A stretch of DNA of 64,000 bases from Eledone cirrhosa (GCA_964016885.1 OZ024741.1:272304001-272368000), one strand, 5' to 3'. Counted from the first letter of the stretch, positions 37,680-53,927 are shown. Program-made: numbers and translations. The notes: generated by a model from the letters alone, not told the origin.

Positions 37680-40600
37680 TCTATATATATAAAACAGATG
37701 TCTGTTTGTGTAACCGCATGCATTTCTACATTTTACAACCGATTTGCACCAAATTTCATGCATAGGTTTCTGAAGTCCTATTGCGCGTAGTAGGCTATTT
37801 TATTTTTCCGTACATCGATTGTGGGGGGCCCCAGGAACAGGTAGCCCCCTTAAGCCTCTCCCTTCGACTTATCTATTGAAGTTCACATTAACACTGTATT
37901 ACTTTTGAAGTTTACGTTCGATCTTCGTTTTCACTTTCAAAACAACAATCATCGTCGGATGAAATTGTGGGTATGGTGTGGCGTGCGGTGGCCGGAAGCG
38001 GGGGGAGTGCTCGACCGGAAGAGTGCTTGGCCGGAAGGATGCTCGACCGGAAGGGCCAGCAGATGGCTTCTCCAGTGGTGACCAGCAACGGTGTGGACGC
38101 GAGTTTTAGCAGCTCCCGGTGTTAAGCAGTTGGACGCACGTGGAAGAGGGGAGACCAGCATTGGAATTTAGCGGCGCCTATGAAAAGCGGTAAGTGAGAT
38201 AGCTTTTTCTAACCACAGAAATTTCAGAAATGTAAACATCTGATTCATTTGAAGATAAATCACTAATATTATTTTTTGTTTCTTGTTCATTTTGAATGTC
38301 GTCGTGTGTAAAAACTGTTTATGGTCATAAGGTTCCAGTTTATCATGCTGTGATTTTTCGGCCATTTTTGCCTGTATCCTTTCAATGGTTAGTACTTACT
38401 TTGCGTTGCCCCTAACTTAAAACCTGAAATTTGACTGGTACACAAAATCTTGCAAAACATACCCACTTTCTCAGACCACATAGATTTATCACATTTTTTC
38501 ACAATTTATATCCGTGTTTAGATTTGCTTACTTAAACGTTATTTGTCCACTATTTATCGTTCTTCCTGGTTAATTTTCTAAAAACAATGCCCCCCATGAA
38601 AAGAACTCTCATTGGTCGATTATCTAATGATGCAAGTAGGTCTAAGTGAAGGCGTCTCACGGAAGATGTAAATGCAACTGCGATCAGGCTCTCACAGAAT
38701 GCTGTGCATACGCAGCTGCAAGAGCGGAGGAGGAGGATGACAGTCGACGTGAACTTCGACGGAACAAAAGTGCCGAGAGGATGAAGGATGACGCGCCGTT
38801 CGACGAAGCAGGGACGCCACTGCCACTGCTGCTGCACAAAATACTGAAACCATAGAGCAACGACGTGGCCGACTTCTGCAAAGTGAACAGCGGCGATCAT
38901 CGTTATATGGCATTTCTAGGACTTGCAATTCACGATGGTTGTTGAAGGCCTTTAACTACGACCCCTCCTCCGACTACGCCGTCCATGCAGATATTCAAAT
39001 TGGGGAAATGACCTCTACTTGCCAGTTTTGTCGTACGAAAAAGTGGCCAGGGGAGAGAGATGGAATGTGCTGTTCAAACGGTAAAGTTAGATTACCTCCT
39101 ATCCACGACCCTCCAGAGACATTGCAACTCCTTTTGACAGACACGACGGAGGAATCATCGAAGTTTCTGCGTAATATCCACCGCTTCAATTCCGCGTTTC
39201 AGATGACATCCTTCGGAGCAAAACTTGCCTCGGAACGTGGGTTCATGCCAACTTTCAAGGTCCAGAGGCAGATCTACCACTTGATTGGTTCTATTCAGCC
39301 TCTGGCAGAAAAGGATCCTCAATTTCTTCAGTTATACTTCGTTGGAAACTATCAGGTGCAGGCAGAGATGCGAAACTCTATTTCGTCCGAAACTAACATT
39401 GGAACCATAATAAAACTGCAAGAAATGCTTCACGACAAAAACAGCTATGTTCGCAGTTTCAAGTACGCTTTGAAAGCAGCCACCGACCAAAACTTTAGTG
39501 TGGTCATACATGCTGACCGAAGGCCATCTGGAGAACACGCTGGTCGGTTCAACGCACCACACGGTTGAATGGCAGAAACGAGGGCTGCCGCATGCCCATA
39601 TCTTGATTTGGTTGGTTACAAAAATCAGTTCAAACTACATCGACAAATTCATTTCTGCCGAACTACCTGATCTGTCGATTGACAAGGACCTCTTCTCTAT
39701 AGTCACATCAAACATGGTCCATGGTCCTTGCGGACATGGACTCAATATGAAGTTCCCGTGCATACACGACGGAAAGTGTTCAAAACGATATCCCAGGCCG
39801 TTTTTACAGGAAACACAGACTGGCGGTGACGGATATCCGTTGTATCGGCGCAGTTGGTGAACGCGAAATCGACAACAGCTGGATAGTGCCATAATGCCCC
39901 CTCCTTTTGAAAGCGTTCAACGCCCATATAAACGTCGAATTTTGCAACTCAGTAAAATCAATTAAATACGTTTGTAAGTAAGTAAACAAGGGATCGGATG
40001 CTGCCGTCTTTGGTCTTCGTCATGAAAACAGTAGAGACGAGGTATCTGACTACCAAGCAGGCCGATACATTAACAGCAATGAAGCCTTTTGGTGGGTTTT
40101 TAGCTTCCCACTGCACCAACGACACCCCGTCATTAAACAACTTGCCGTTCACCTTGAAAACGGCCAATGGGTTTATTTCAATGATGCAACAGCTGCTCAG
40201 CTAGCGATCTCACCAAAGGAAACTACACTCACCGCTTTTTTCAAACTTTGTCAACACAACGATTTCGCTCGAACTCTGCTGTATTCTGAAATACCGTCTT
40301 ACTATACATGGAACCGGACAAAATAGCTACGAAGGAATGTAGGATAAGAGGTGGTTGGACATCCAGGCATCAAATTCGACAATTGCCTTGGGCGAGTTTA
40401 TACGGTCCACCCTACCCAACACGAATGCTTCTACCCGCGACTCTGCTTCATGAAGTAAGAGGGCCGACTAGCTTTACTCATCTGAGAACCGTCGATGGAT
40501 ACGCCTGCGGAACGTACAGGGAATCCTGCTTGAGGCGTGGACTTTTAGAAGATGACGCACAATGGGATGCAACCTTGACGGAAGCTGCCATCTCACAATC

Positions 40601-42959
40601 ATCCCGTAGTCTAAGAGCACTTTTTGCTATCCTCTTGCACGTCTGTGAATTGAGCGATCCTTACTCTTTATGGCAAAAGCTTAAAGATGATTTCGCAGAC
40701 GAATATAGGCGTCTCGCTCAATTGCAATCTCAAAACTTAGATGTCGGCTTTTCAGACACTATATATAACAGAGCTCTGATCGATATTAAAGACAGAGTGG
40801 CTTCAATGGGCGGAGATGTCATGGAGGAATATGAGCTTCCGCAAACACTTCGAGATGCGCCATCTGACATTCCCAACGACATTATACGTGAAACGTCATA
40901 TGATGTCGACGAACTCAAAAGGTATGTTGAAGAGAATGGATCAAAAACAAGCCTACAACATTGTCGTTGATTCCATCCGTAATCAGGGAGGGGGTATATT
41001 CTTCCTGGACGCACCTGAAGGCACGGGCAACACATTTGTAATCAAACTTTTACTGGCTGCAGTGAGGCAACACGGAAACATCGCATTGGTCGTGGCTTCT
41101 TCCGGCATTGCAGCAACTTTGCTGCCTGGTGGCAGGACGGCCCATTCTCCCTTCAGTCTCCCTCTCAACGTGGCATCATCTGAGACACCCACGTGCAAAA
41201 TCAGCAAGTCTTCCGTAAAAGCACTGGTGTTAAAGCGCTGCCTACTAATTGTTTGGGACGAATGCACAATGGCCCACAGGGCGGCTTTCGAGGCATTAGA
41301 CCGGTCACTCAGAGACATCAGGGACTGTCAAGAATCAATGGGAGGTGTCACTTTCCTGTTATCTGGGGACTTCCGAAAGACTCTGCCTGTAATCCCAAAA
41401 GGTACGCGGGCTGATGAGGTTGTTGCATGCCTTAAGGCCACCCACTTTGGCATTATGTAAGAAAGTTGACGCTTACAACAAACATGAGGGCACAACTGCA
41501 AGGTGATGAGACATCAGCGGGTTTCGTTGCTGCCATTTTGTTGTTGGGAGATGGCAAAGTCCCACTCGACGGAGATGGTACAGCGGAGATCATAGGGATT
41601 TGCAGATGCGTTAAGTCGATTGCTGAGTTACGGACGTTTGTTTTTCCTAATCTTGAGGAGAACTACACAAATCAAGAGTAGTTGTGTGAACGCGCAATAT
41701 TGGCTTCGAAAAACCACATAGTTGGAAACATCAATGAACAGCTCATGCTGTGCTTGCCTGGAAACCTGCACGTCTACAAATCCCTTGACTCTATGGCTGA
41801 TCCGGACGAAATTGTTAATTACCCCACAGAATTTCTTAACTCCCTAGACCCTCCCGGATTGCCACCACACTTACTGCGACTTCAGAAAGGTGCCTCTGTC
41901 ATGCTCCTCAGAAATTTGGAACCCCGAAGGCTTTCCAACGGCACGCGTCTGGTCATCCAAAAGTTGATGCCTCATGTTATTGAGGCAACAATACTTACAG
42001 GATGTGGTAAGGAGGACACTGTCTTCATACCAAGGATACCTCTCATTCCATCCGGTAAAGACATTCCTTTCACATTCAGAAGGCTGCAATTCCCTCTCCG
42101 ACTCAGTTTCGCCATGTCGATTAACAAATCACAGGGTCAGACGCTGACGGTCGTAGGGCTTAATTTAGAAGAACCGTGCTTCTCTCATGGTCAACTATAC
42201 GTTGGCTGCTCTCGAGTGGGGAGCCGACATAACCTATTTGCTTTTGCAGCTCGCGAGAAAACCCAAAATATAGTCTATAAAGAAGTTTTGTAGGCCAACA
42301 GGTAATCGCTGTATTTTTTTATTTTTTTATAAGTGCTTACATTTGCTGTCTCCGTGTGCTATTTTTGTCCCTTTGAAAATACCACGTACTCCTCCGAAGT
42401 TGCTTTTGTTATACGTTATAAATGTTCAATGTCTCCGTTTTCCGCATTTATATGTTGCTATAACGCTTTGCTATCGATGTTCAGTAGTTTTAACCTAATT
42501 AATCTACTTTTTCCTATACCTTATTTACACATTTTTTTGACATTCCAGCGTGATCTTGCCAAGGCCGTTTTTTGTGGCCACCTACTGTTACATGCTTAAC
42601 TAGGTTACAATCTTAAATAACAAGCACAGCAAATTCAACACACCAAAGTGGTGTGAAGGACTTCTTAAGGGCCACCACCTCTAATCGGAGTCGTCTTTGC
42701 TGACAGCTCTGCCGCTGAGACTTTTAAGAGTGAACGATCGAAGGCCACTTCAAGGTCACCAAGTTTAAATTGTTACCATCGGATTCATCTTTGCTGCAGG
42801 CACCGCCGCAGAGATATTTCAAAGTGAACGTTCAAAGGCCATCTTTAGGGCCAACACCTATAAATTATTACTTCTATAGTCTTGTTTAACGGAAGTCTTT
42901 CGGTTCATTTGAACGACTACTCCATTGAGAGTTATACCGGGCAACGCCGGGTACCTCTG

Positions 42960-42962
<3 letters not shown>
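37680..42962 (+). mobile_element. Decayed autonomous Helitron (Rep/Helicase)
   Basis: 5' TCTATATATATAAAAC; 3' hairpin TACCGGGCAACGCCGGGTA followed by CTGCTA. Confidence 0.92.
38587..42293 (+). pseudogene. Helitron RepHel protein, frameshifted and internally deleted
   Basis: Zn finger CQFC..CC, FNSAFQMTSFG, HUH motif VEWQKRGLPHAHIL, SIKYVCK, PIF1 motifs LDAPEGTGNT, WDEC, GDFRK, FAMSINKSQGQT, FSHGQLYVGCSRV; RFNAP is joined almost directly to the HUH motif. Confidence 0.93.
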
Positions 42963-43019
<57 letters not shown>

Positions 43020-43029
43020 CTAGCAGAGG

Positions 43030-44003
<974 letters not shown>

Positions 44004-44007
44004 TATG

Positions 44008-44075
<68 letters not shown>

Positions 44076-44331
44076 AGGATTGGAAAAAGCAGGGAAAATA
44101 TATTTAAAGAATCCGTTTTCCTGTTTTTCTTCTTTGATCCGCCAAAGTGACATTATTTAAAACATGAGAACATTTTTTTAACAAAGGGAGTATTATAATG
44201 TATATAAAATATACAAAATATCACAGGTTTCGATGTATCAGTGTAATCCATCTTATCAAATATTGAATATTACAATTAAAAAGAATTAAAAATTAAGGGT
44301 TGAAGAAGGTCTGTTCATATTTCTCATTGGA

Positions 44332-44393
<62 letters not shown>

Positions 44394-44455
44394 ATATCTA
44401 TATCGAGCCCTCTTTGGATTTTAGTCTTCAATTTTATTATTATTATATCTATCTA

Positions 44456-44558
<103 letters not shown>

Positions 44559-44776
44559 ATATATATATATCTATATATATATATATATATATATATATCT
44601 ATATATATATATATATATATTTCTGCTCCCTTACAAGTTGAGCTATTAAGTTGTGCGTGTTGGACTGTTATTTCTGTTCAATACGCGCTTACCACGTTTG
44701 ACTGGCGAAGCACGAGGTGATGAATTCATCTTTCTGTGTGAACGTTGGCAAATAGTGTTTGTGGCATTTAATCGCA

Positions 44777-44858
44777 ATCTCTCGCTGATGAAGCCCAGGA
44801 TTATCTGTTACAAACACACTCAGGGCGAAACAGATTAGGGATAATCTGTCCGAGAGAT
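44777..44858 (+). ncRNA. Complete type I hammerhead ribozyme
   Basis: Stem I ATCTCTCG/CGAGAGAT; CTGATGA(A); stem II GCCC/GGGC; GAA; stem III ACAGATTA-GGGA-TAATCTGT; GUC cut at 44850. Confidence 0.8.
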
Positions 44859-45075
44859 ATAATGGTTATTGAGGCGGTTTGTATAATTATGATAATATAT
44901 TTTTATTTTCATTTTGTCATTCTGTCTGTTTCTTGGTTAAATATTTCAAGCATATGTGGTTTTTCAACCCTTGTAATTTTAGACACACGGTTTACTGTGT
45001 TTCTTACTATATATTGTTATATATATATATATATAGAGAGAGAGAGAAAAACCACAGACCCTCCATCTCAACTCA

Positions 45076-45113
45076 CCTTTTGAAAAGCAGAAGAACTGCG
45101 AAACCGGTAAAGG
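45076..45113 (+). ncRNA. Minimal hammerhead, U3:A8 core variant
   Basis: CCTT-TTGAAAA-GCAG(AAGAA)CTGC-GAA-ACCGGT-A-AAGG; identical copies at 57214-57251 (-) and 57322-57359 (+). Confidence 0.7.
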
Positions 45114-45288
45114 AACCAAATAAATATATATATTTTTTTTAAAAAATAAGACTTCAGTTGCATTTTCGATTTCATCCCTTTTTCTTTATACTTCCACTCG
45201 TGTAGGACACCTCGGTTATTTTTCATTTTGTAAAAAAAACCTCACTTTCTAATATATATATATATATCTATATATCTATATATATATA

Positions 45289-45369
<81 letters not shown>

Positions 45370-45494
45370 AAAATTAAGATAAATCAAAATGAATTTAATC
45401 TAAATCAAACTTATGGGTGTCATGCCACAAGGCATGCGCCATATCACCCGTAAAATAAGCTCCAAGATTCTAATGAATAGGTCCGAGCATTTTA

Positions 45495-45703
45495 TAATAA
45501 CTAGAAATTGATTAACATATAAATAAACATATGAAACAATCACAGGGGATAATTTTTACAAGTGTGTAGTATAAGGTATCTATTTTTGTTCTAGTTAACT
45601 TTATTTAGTTACTTACCTAGCTGTGTGCTTACACACTTGTAAAAATTATCCCCTGTGATTGTTTCATATATTTATTTATATGTTAATTAATTTCTAGTTA
45701 TTA
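45495..45703. repeat. Fold-back inverted repeat
   Basis: ATAATAACTAGAAATT..ACAAGTGTGTA / TACACACTTGT..TTTCTAGTTATTAT. Confidence 0.85.
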
Positions 45704-45893
45704 TATATATAACGAAGGAGTTGTGGTAAGGAACCAGATGGACAATAACGCACCAGAGTACTCAATACTGGTAGTAGAGTGGGTAATAGGAAAATGTATG
45801 ACCCCGACGGCATATGTATATATATATATATATACGCAAAGACACCATAAATGTGGTTCTGTCTTTGCGTGTAATTGTTTTCACCGCTCCAAA

Positions 45894-45991
<98 letters not shown>

Positions 45992-46569
45992 AACAAGTAT
46001 GACCTCGACGGCAGAGCTCAAGCCGTTTCGAAACGAGGTCATACTTGTTCCTATACCCCACTCTACTACACTAAGTATTGAGTACTTTGGTGCGTTATGG
46101 TCCATCTGGTTCCTTACCACAATTCCTTCGCTATGTATATATATATATATATGTATATATAAACGAAAAAAAAATGAAACGAAATTTCATTTCCCACTCT
46201 TAGTACGGCTGTTACTTAAATATAAGTATGTATACGTACATACATATATGTATACTACATACATATATGTATAGTAGTATGTATATATATACATACATGC
46301 ACATATATATATATATGTACGTATGGATTCACCGAACATTTATTATAATGCTCGGTGTGTTTGTAAACAAACATCCCGAATTAGCCGTACAGTGTTTAGC
46401 AACCATCGTTGCCCTTTTGTTCAACACTGACAAAGGAACGATGTACTAGTTTCAAGCTTATTAGCTATCGTCAGCACCGTATACCTTCCTGCCAGATGAT
46501 TGAACGTCTGAAAGTATATACTTTCCTTATGCATATTAACGGCTGAGCAGCCTAATTTGAATATCGACA

Positions 46570-46613
46570 ATCGTCGATGCATTTCGAACTTAATTGGTTC
46601 TCATCAGGACGAT
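46570..46613 (-). ncRNA. Canonical minimal PLE-type hammerhead
   Basis: Minus strand: ATCGTC-CTGATGA-GAAC(CAATTAA)GTTC-GAA-ATGCAT-C-GACGAT; stems I and II perfect, stem III palindromic, AUC triplet. Confidence 0.8.
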
Positions 46614-46948
46614 CCCTCCCACACTTGCGACTAAATGTTTACCTGTAAACATACCGTATTTCTTTAGAAATACGAAATTCTAATGCATATATCTGTATAG
46701 CTATGCATGAAGCTAAATCCTAATTCTATTCTATTATAAGTTGAGCCAACGTAAGCAGCTTCATATGCAAATGAGATTAATCACCTCATTTACACAGACG
46801 AGATAAGCATATATTCTCACCTGTTTTCCCGGTGTTTTGCATAGCTACGGCTTTCTAAATGTTTACCTGTAAACATACCGTATATATATATATATATATA
46901 TATAAAGTGTTAAAGTTTGCTTGAAGCATTGTGGAATATTAAAAATAG

Positions 46949-47431
46949 TCGTTTTGGAAGCCTCAACAATACAGATGTATAAATCTCCTGGTAACAGAAT
47001 CAGGTGGTAATGAAAGAGAGAGAGATGTAAGAGGAGACGTAGGAAAAGTGTAAAGAATAACACGAGATAGAGTTACATTGGAAACGATTTAATATCCCTC
47101 TATTTCGGATTTCACATCCATCAACAGGGGGTTTTCCGATGGGAAAAAGTTGTCGGAGAAGGACAACACGTGGACTTCGTTGTCTACCGTGTGTGTACAA
47201 ATGCAACTGTTGATGGATGTGAAATCCGAAATATACTGACTTTTAAATCGCTTTCAAGGTAACTCTATCTCGTGTTATCATCTTTTACACTTTTCCTACG
47301 TTCTTTTACGCTCTCTACGTCTCTTTCTACGCTTCCTCTTACATCTCTCTCTCTCACTCTCTCTCTCTCATTACCACCTGATTCTGTTACCCGGGGATTT
47401 ATCCATCTGCATTGTTGAGGCTCCCAAAACG
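46949..47431. repeat. ~480-bp imperfect inverted repeat (fold-back)
   Basis: Arms 46949-47126 and 47207-47431 are reverse complements with indels. Confidence 0.85.
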
Positions 47432-48096
47432 CCTATAAATATATTGATTAATTATTTATGTTTGTTTAATAACTGTTTCTACTTTAGGCACAAGGCCAGC
47501 AATTCCCCCAGTGCATTACTGGTACTTTATTTTATCGACCCCGTAAGGATGAAAGGCAAAGTTAACCTCGGCGAACGCTTGGTCGAGTGCTTCTTCGGTT
47601 TGTGCTGAGAACACACTTCCCTTGTTCACATTTTGAATTTGTCCGCCAGAAACCCGGGATTATTTCCCTTGTTGGGAAAGAGCACGTGATAGTTGAGGCA
47701 TTAACCGCTGCTAACAACAGTGGCTTGCTACTTCATACCACACCGGGTCAAGGCACAGAACGGAAACCTGTTGATAACATGAATCCTCAGTTCGGTCTTC
47801 AAACACCAAGAACTTGCATGCTTGCGCAAGTAGGATTGTTGATTTTGATTTCATAGAAACCTATCGGAGAAACGACGATCTGCCTCCGAGACGATCTAGG
47901 TTTGTTTATTAACCTGTTGGTTTTATTGTTGCTTCGGTGGCGTGGCTAGGCTTGCCTGCCACAGTTTTCAATTTGTCATGCCGTCTAACGAATGTTATTA
48001 CTCTGAGATTCCTCATATAGTGCTTGGCTGCATAAATTCCTGATTGTATCTCGTTGGCTTGGCTACAGCTGAAGCTTCGATTTTACTAAACTTCGA

Positions 48097-48137
<41 letters not shown>

Positions 48138-48449
48138 GTTTTTACTTTTGGCACAAGGCCAGAATTACCCAGTACATTACTGGTACTTTATTTTATCGAC
48201 CCCGTATGGATGAAAGGCAAAGTTAATACTACCAAACTTATGGAAGTCATGTCTGAGAAAATCACAGACTTGCGCCATATTATCTGTAGAGAAAGCTCAA
48301 AGATTCTAATGGATAGATCCGAGCATTTGTTAAAAATTAAATGTCGATTGACATATATATAAAGACATATGAAACATTGACAGAGGACAATTTGTAAAGA
48401 GTGCAAGAATACATAGTTACAGAGGTATCATAATAAAATTCAACGAAAC

Positions 48450-48492
<43 letters not shown>

Positions 48493-49229
48493 GGCGATAA
48501 TAATCATCATTTTCCTTCATACATATTCCATTATATCAGAAATATGTTTCAACATTTAAAATGTGAAGCACAGATCATTAATTCCGGATCATCAGTGAAG
48601 GAAAAAAATTAACCACCCGTGCTTACACTGCTAAGACAAATCCAGGAGTGAGCGAGAAAACGCAAATGTAATTAAAAGAGAGAGGGGGGGGGGGGGTGTA
48701 AAGAACCCATACAGTCATGAATGACTATGGGATAGATATTTCCCCAGTGAGGTACAAGTTTGGGCAATGTGTGTTTGTGGAAGACCAGCAGTCAGCCATA
48801 CATGCCTGTCTCCTCCTCTCCACGCCACCAATGCTGTCCAAGGGAAAGGCAAGGGTCGATACCACTTGGTACTAGTTACTGCTGGGCAAACTGAAGCAAC
48901 ATGGAAATAAAGTGTCTTTCTCAAGGGCACAACGCATCACCCGGTCTGAGAATCAAATTCACAACCTCACGATTGCAAGGCCAACGCTCTAACCAATAAG
49001 TCAAAGGCCTTCATATTTATATATATATGAGTAGTTGAGATTAGTTTATAATACAACCATATAAAGGCAAAGAACATTCTTAAGCTCAACTGTGATTTTA
49101 TAGTCCACGGCATGATAGGTAAGATGATAGTTCAGAGTTTAAACAGTAAATTTCTATTTACAGTAGTTTTACAATATCACAGTGGACGGGGACACACACA
49201 CACGCACGCACACGCGCACACACACACAC

Positions 49230-49927
49230 AATACCATCTTTGTTTGTTTACATGTTTCGCTCGCTTCACGCTATATTACTTGTCCCAATAACTTTATTTA
49301 GTTATTGCTCGCACCAACTAGAGGTATATGATTTTTAAAGCGATGAAATACCAATGACGGTTGAAAGATCACTGATGATGCACTAATTTTATTCATATGT
49401 AACCCATGTGCAACCATGCAGCACTCCATTCTTCTCATATTTATATTTTTTCCTCAGCTGCGATTGTCTGTTTCTTTCTTACTGCTTCCCCTCTCTCTGT
49501 ATCTTTCACCGTATTTTACCCCCTCTGTCGGTCACACTCTCTCTCGACTGGCCTCTTCCTCACACTTCCACTCGCTCACTCTCTGCTTCTCCCCCTCTCT
49601 CACTTCCTCCCGTTTGACCTGTGTGAAATCCTTTTCTCGCTCACATCTCACCCATGTCATGGTCTGTATATCTCTCATCCATGAATTCACCAAGCTTAAG
49701 CTTAATAGATATCATGTACTTGTTTCTTTTTATCTTTCCGGTGCAATACCATCTTTGTTTGTTTATATGTCTCGCTCGTTTCACGTTATTTTACTTATTG
49801 CTCGCACCAGCCAGAGGTATATGATTTTTAAAGTCGATGAAATATCAATGACGATTGGAAAATCACTGATGAAGGACTAATTTTATGCATATGTAACCCA
49901 TGTGCAACCACGCAGCACTCCATACTT

Positions 49928-49930
<3 letters not shown>
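49230..49930 (+). mobile_element. ~0.5-kb partially tandem non-autonomous element with two permuted-hammerhead motifs (49323-49380, 49816-49878)
   Basis: Direct repeat with ~493-bp spacing and CT-rich interior; see findings. Confidence 0.65.
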
Positions 49931-50002
<72 letters not shown>

Positions 50003-50089
50003 GTGGGAAAGTAAGAAATCGGCACTTATCCTATATATATATATATATATATACGTGGGAAAGTAGGAAATCGGCACTTATCCTATATA

Positions 50090-50146
<57 letters not shown>

Positions 50147-50271
50147 GTATATATATATACATATCTCTCTCTCTCTATATATATATATATATACATATCT
50201 CTCTCTCTCTATATATATATACATATATATATACATATTCTCTCTCTCTCCCTCTATATATATATATATAC

Positions 50272-50350
<79 letters not shown>

Positions 50351-50408
50351 ATAAGTGCCGATTTCTTACTTTCCCATGTATATATATATATATATATACA
50401 GTATATAT

Positions 50409-50442
<34 letters not shown>

Positions 50443-50477
50443 ATGTATATATATATACATATATATGTATATATATG

Positions 50478-50606
<129 letters not shown>

Positions 50607-50615
50607 GTGTGTGTG

Positions 50616-50648
<33 letters not shown>

Positions 50649-50653
50649 GTGTG

Positions 50654-50746
<93 letters not shown>

Positions 50747-51329
50747 TATACGTATATATATATATGTATATATATAGTATTTACGTATCGAGAAAGAGAA
50801 AAAAGGGGGGATAGGTGATACATATAGTTATTTGCCAAGTAGCGTATGCCAAAGGTGCTCGATACTAGTGCCGGCAGTATTAAATATTCGAAGTGTTAAT
50901 ATTTAGTGGGCTAGAGAGTTAGCAGAGCGTAAGCACGTGGGAAAGTAAAAAATCAGAGAATAGACCGTTAAAACATGTTTATTTAAAATATCACCTACGT
51001 ACGTTTCGCCCAGTTGGGCTTCTCAATAGCATAAATAATCACAAGTGTTCCTTATATTGCTCGGAAAGAGTTTTTGGGGTTAAATCCACATCAAGGTTCA
51101 TTGCTCGCAAAAATATCTTGTTTTGATTTTGCAGCAGGTCAAGGCAGGTAACTCTGGCCGGTGTTAGGGCAGTCTTTCCCGGACAAATTTTTTTTTTTTT
51201 TTGTCGCATCCGTTTGTCTGAGGCTGGGTCTGGTATGCAAGGATTGTTTCCTGGGTGTTATTTTGCAGCGCCTGCCCGCCGGGGTGTTAAGACTTGTTGC
51301 AGGGAGATCCAGTGTACTATTTCACTCTT

Positions 51330-52950
51330 CATCCTTAACCCATCTGAAGAAGGATATTTTTAAGCGATGTGTACAACTTATCGCTGTTTCAGCTCTGCTG
51401 TTGATGAGCTCGTGATGAGCTCGTGGGGTGCAGTTATGATGTGGTAGAGCTCCATGAGGAAAAGATCCCACTGGACCAGAACCAACCGTCCTGATAACTT
51501 CGATGTCACGATGGGGTCCAGTGACGCAGCGCAAGCAACTGACCTGGTCGGGATATACCTCCTACATAAGCTTAGGGAAGAAATACCGGCCCTACAAGGA
51601 GGTATATATAGGGACGACGCCCTGTTTACCGCTAGGAACCATAGCCCCCGTAGGATAGAGAACCTTAACAAACATATACACAGGTTCTTTAAGTCATACG
51701 GCCTATCCGTAACTATGGACCTCAACCACAGGGTTGTCAACTTCCTGGACGTGACCCTGGAGTTGAGTACGGGCTTATACAAGCCATACCATAAGCCTAG
51801 AGAGTGCCTCTCTTATATTAATTATGCCTCCAACCACCCTAAGCAGACTCTCAACTCCATAGTCTATAGTATCTCACATAGAATTTCGAGGCTATCCGCC
51901 AATTAGGATATCTTCAACCAAGCGGCTGATTACTACAATAGGGCCCTGATAAGCGCCGGCTTTAACCGAGGAATTTCCTACATCCCTAACGCTAGCTCTA
52001 GAAACCACCCCCTCATAAAACTAACGTTATAGTAAGCCATACCTATAACCGATCACGCGGCGACCTCGTTGAAGTCGGATATAATAGAATAGATAACCGC
52101 ACCAAAGATCACGTCCCCGGCGACGGTGAACACTGTAGATTACTCAAACTATTCCCCTATTACAAAACCAACAAAGGTGACGGCCTACTACCAACGCCTT
52201 CCAACCAACATCTTCGTGTACATAAACATGGAAGAGGTAGAAAGAGTGCACCCGAGCATAAAGTGAAAGGGGCACCGAACGGGCGACTGCGCATTAACAC
52301 ACATAAGAGCGGTCACTTAGATGGAACCACCCGTAGCAAAAGTACAAGGACACGTAATCGCCACCGTAACGTCCTATGGTTCCACTCTCGGAGTGTGGCC
52401 TCCAACATACCCCGGATGTTCTTCGAAGCCTTAGAGAAGAACTTCCCGCCCAACCATACGTATAGAAAATTCTTAATAGGAACAATATAAAAATATCCTT
52501 CTCTACTACTCCTAACCTAGCAGACATCATAGGAACAACGAACCACAGTAAGATCACCAAGACACAGCACCTCGACAAAGACGCACCTACACCTGACAAT
52601 AACTATATCGGCCTTAACAACTCCCTGGCAGCATCCAATAGTGTTGGCAACGGCAGACGCAGACGCAACCAACATAACCGCGAAATGACTGGGGAACATG
52701 CAGAACATGACGTGCGGAATAACAATCGCACCACCCCGCGTGTTGTGGGTTGTAATTGTGCTAACGACAGCTGCGGTAGCGTAGGTAACAACGTAGGCAG
52801 CAACAATGATAGCCTTACCGTGGGAAATAGACGGAACCGCGACAGAAATTGCAACTGCCGCGACAGAGGACGCTGCCCCCTTAGAGGATACTGCTTGACT
52901 GATAGGGTTATATATAGATGCACTATAACTAGCCACAATAGCGTTAAACA
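51330..52950 (+). mobile_element. Decayed Penelope-like element (RT, Cys knuckle, start of GIY-YIG)
   Basis: FDVTMGSSDAAQATDLVG, GGIYRDD, NFLDVTL, SNHP, CNCRDRGRCPLRGYCL..VIYRC; stops and frameshifts. Confidence 0.88.
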
Positions 52951-52985
52951 TTATATATATGTATATGTATGTATGTATGTGTGTA

Positions 52986-53017
<32 letters not shown>

Positions 53018-53761
53018 CCCATGTGGAGGTATGTGTACATATTCGTGTGTGTACGTATGTGTATGTGTGTTTTTATATGTGTCTCTATATGTTTTTGTGT
53101 ATGTATTTGTACAGGGTGTGTGATTGATGGTGTGTGCCTATATATTCCTACATATACCCGTGTGTGTATGTACATATATGCACACATATATATGTGTGTG
53201 TTGAACAAAGGACTAACTTTGGGATGGACGTAGAAAGATTCTTCAGGAAAAAAAGAAAAAAATAATTATTCACAAGCTTGACAGGTGCGATTTGCCTGTG
53301 ACCATTCTCAACACAAAAGCGAAGCTAAAAGCTTTTTCCCCTGAATAAAGGAACTTTTCGAGAATGACCGGGGCAGGCCGCACTTGCTAGGTTTCTCCCC
53401 ACCCAACCCTACTCACCGTCTCAACTCATTACTGCTATGAACACTTTTTCAACACACCTACACCCATGCACTTATTAAAGGGGGAGAAAAGAAACCCCCA
53501 CCACACCACAGACATGTTAAATCCCTATATATAGAACAACACACCACATACACATCATTTTGACAAGCGCACCTCAGCGTGAAAGGTCTTTCTAAAAACG
53601 AAACAATACCTCCTACGTTAACCAAGAACTCCTAAGACCTAACCAACAACCAACAACTTAATTTATAAAATAATTTTTTTTAAGAAAAATTCTTTTTGGA
53701 TTTTGTGAAGAAAATAAATTTGTTGAAAGCACAAGTGAAGCCATTTTTTCTTCCCCCCTGT

Positions 53762-53857
<96 letters not shown>

Positions 53858-53894
53858 GTATATATATATGTATATATATATGTATATGTATATA

Positions 53895-53927
<33 letters not shown>

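Noticed and set aside
48585-48600. CTGATGA on minus strand
   Set aside because: No matching GAAA or stems found nearby.
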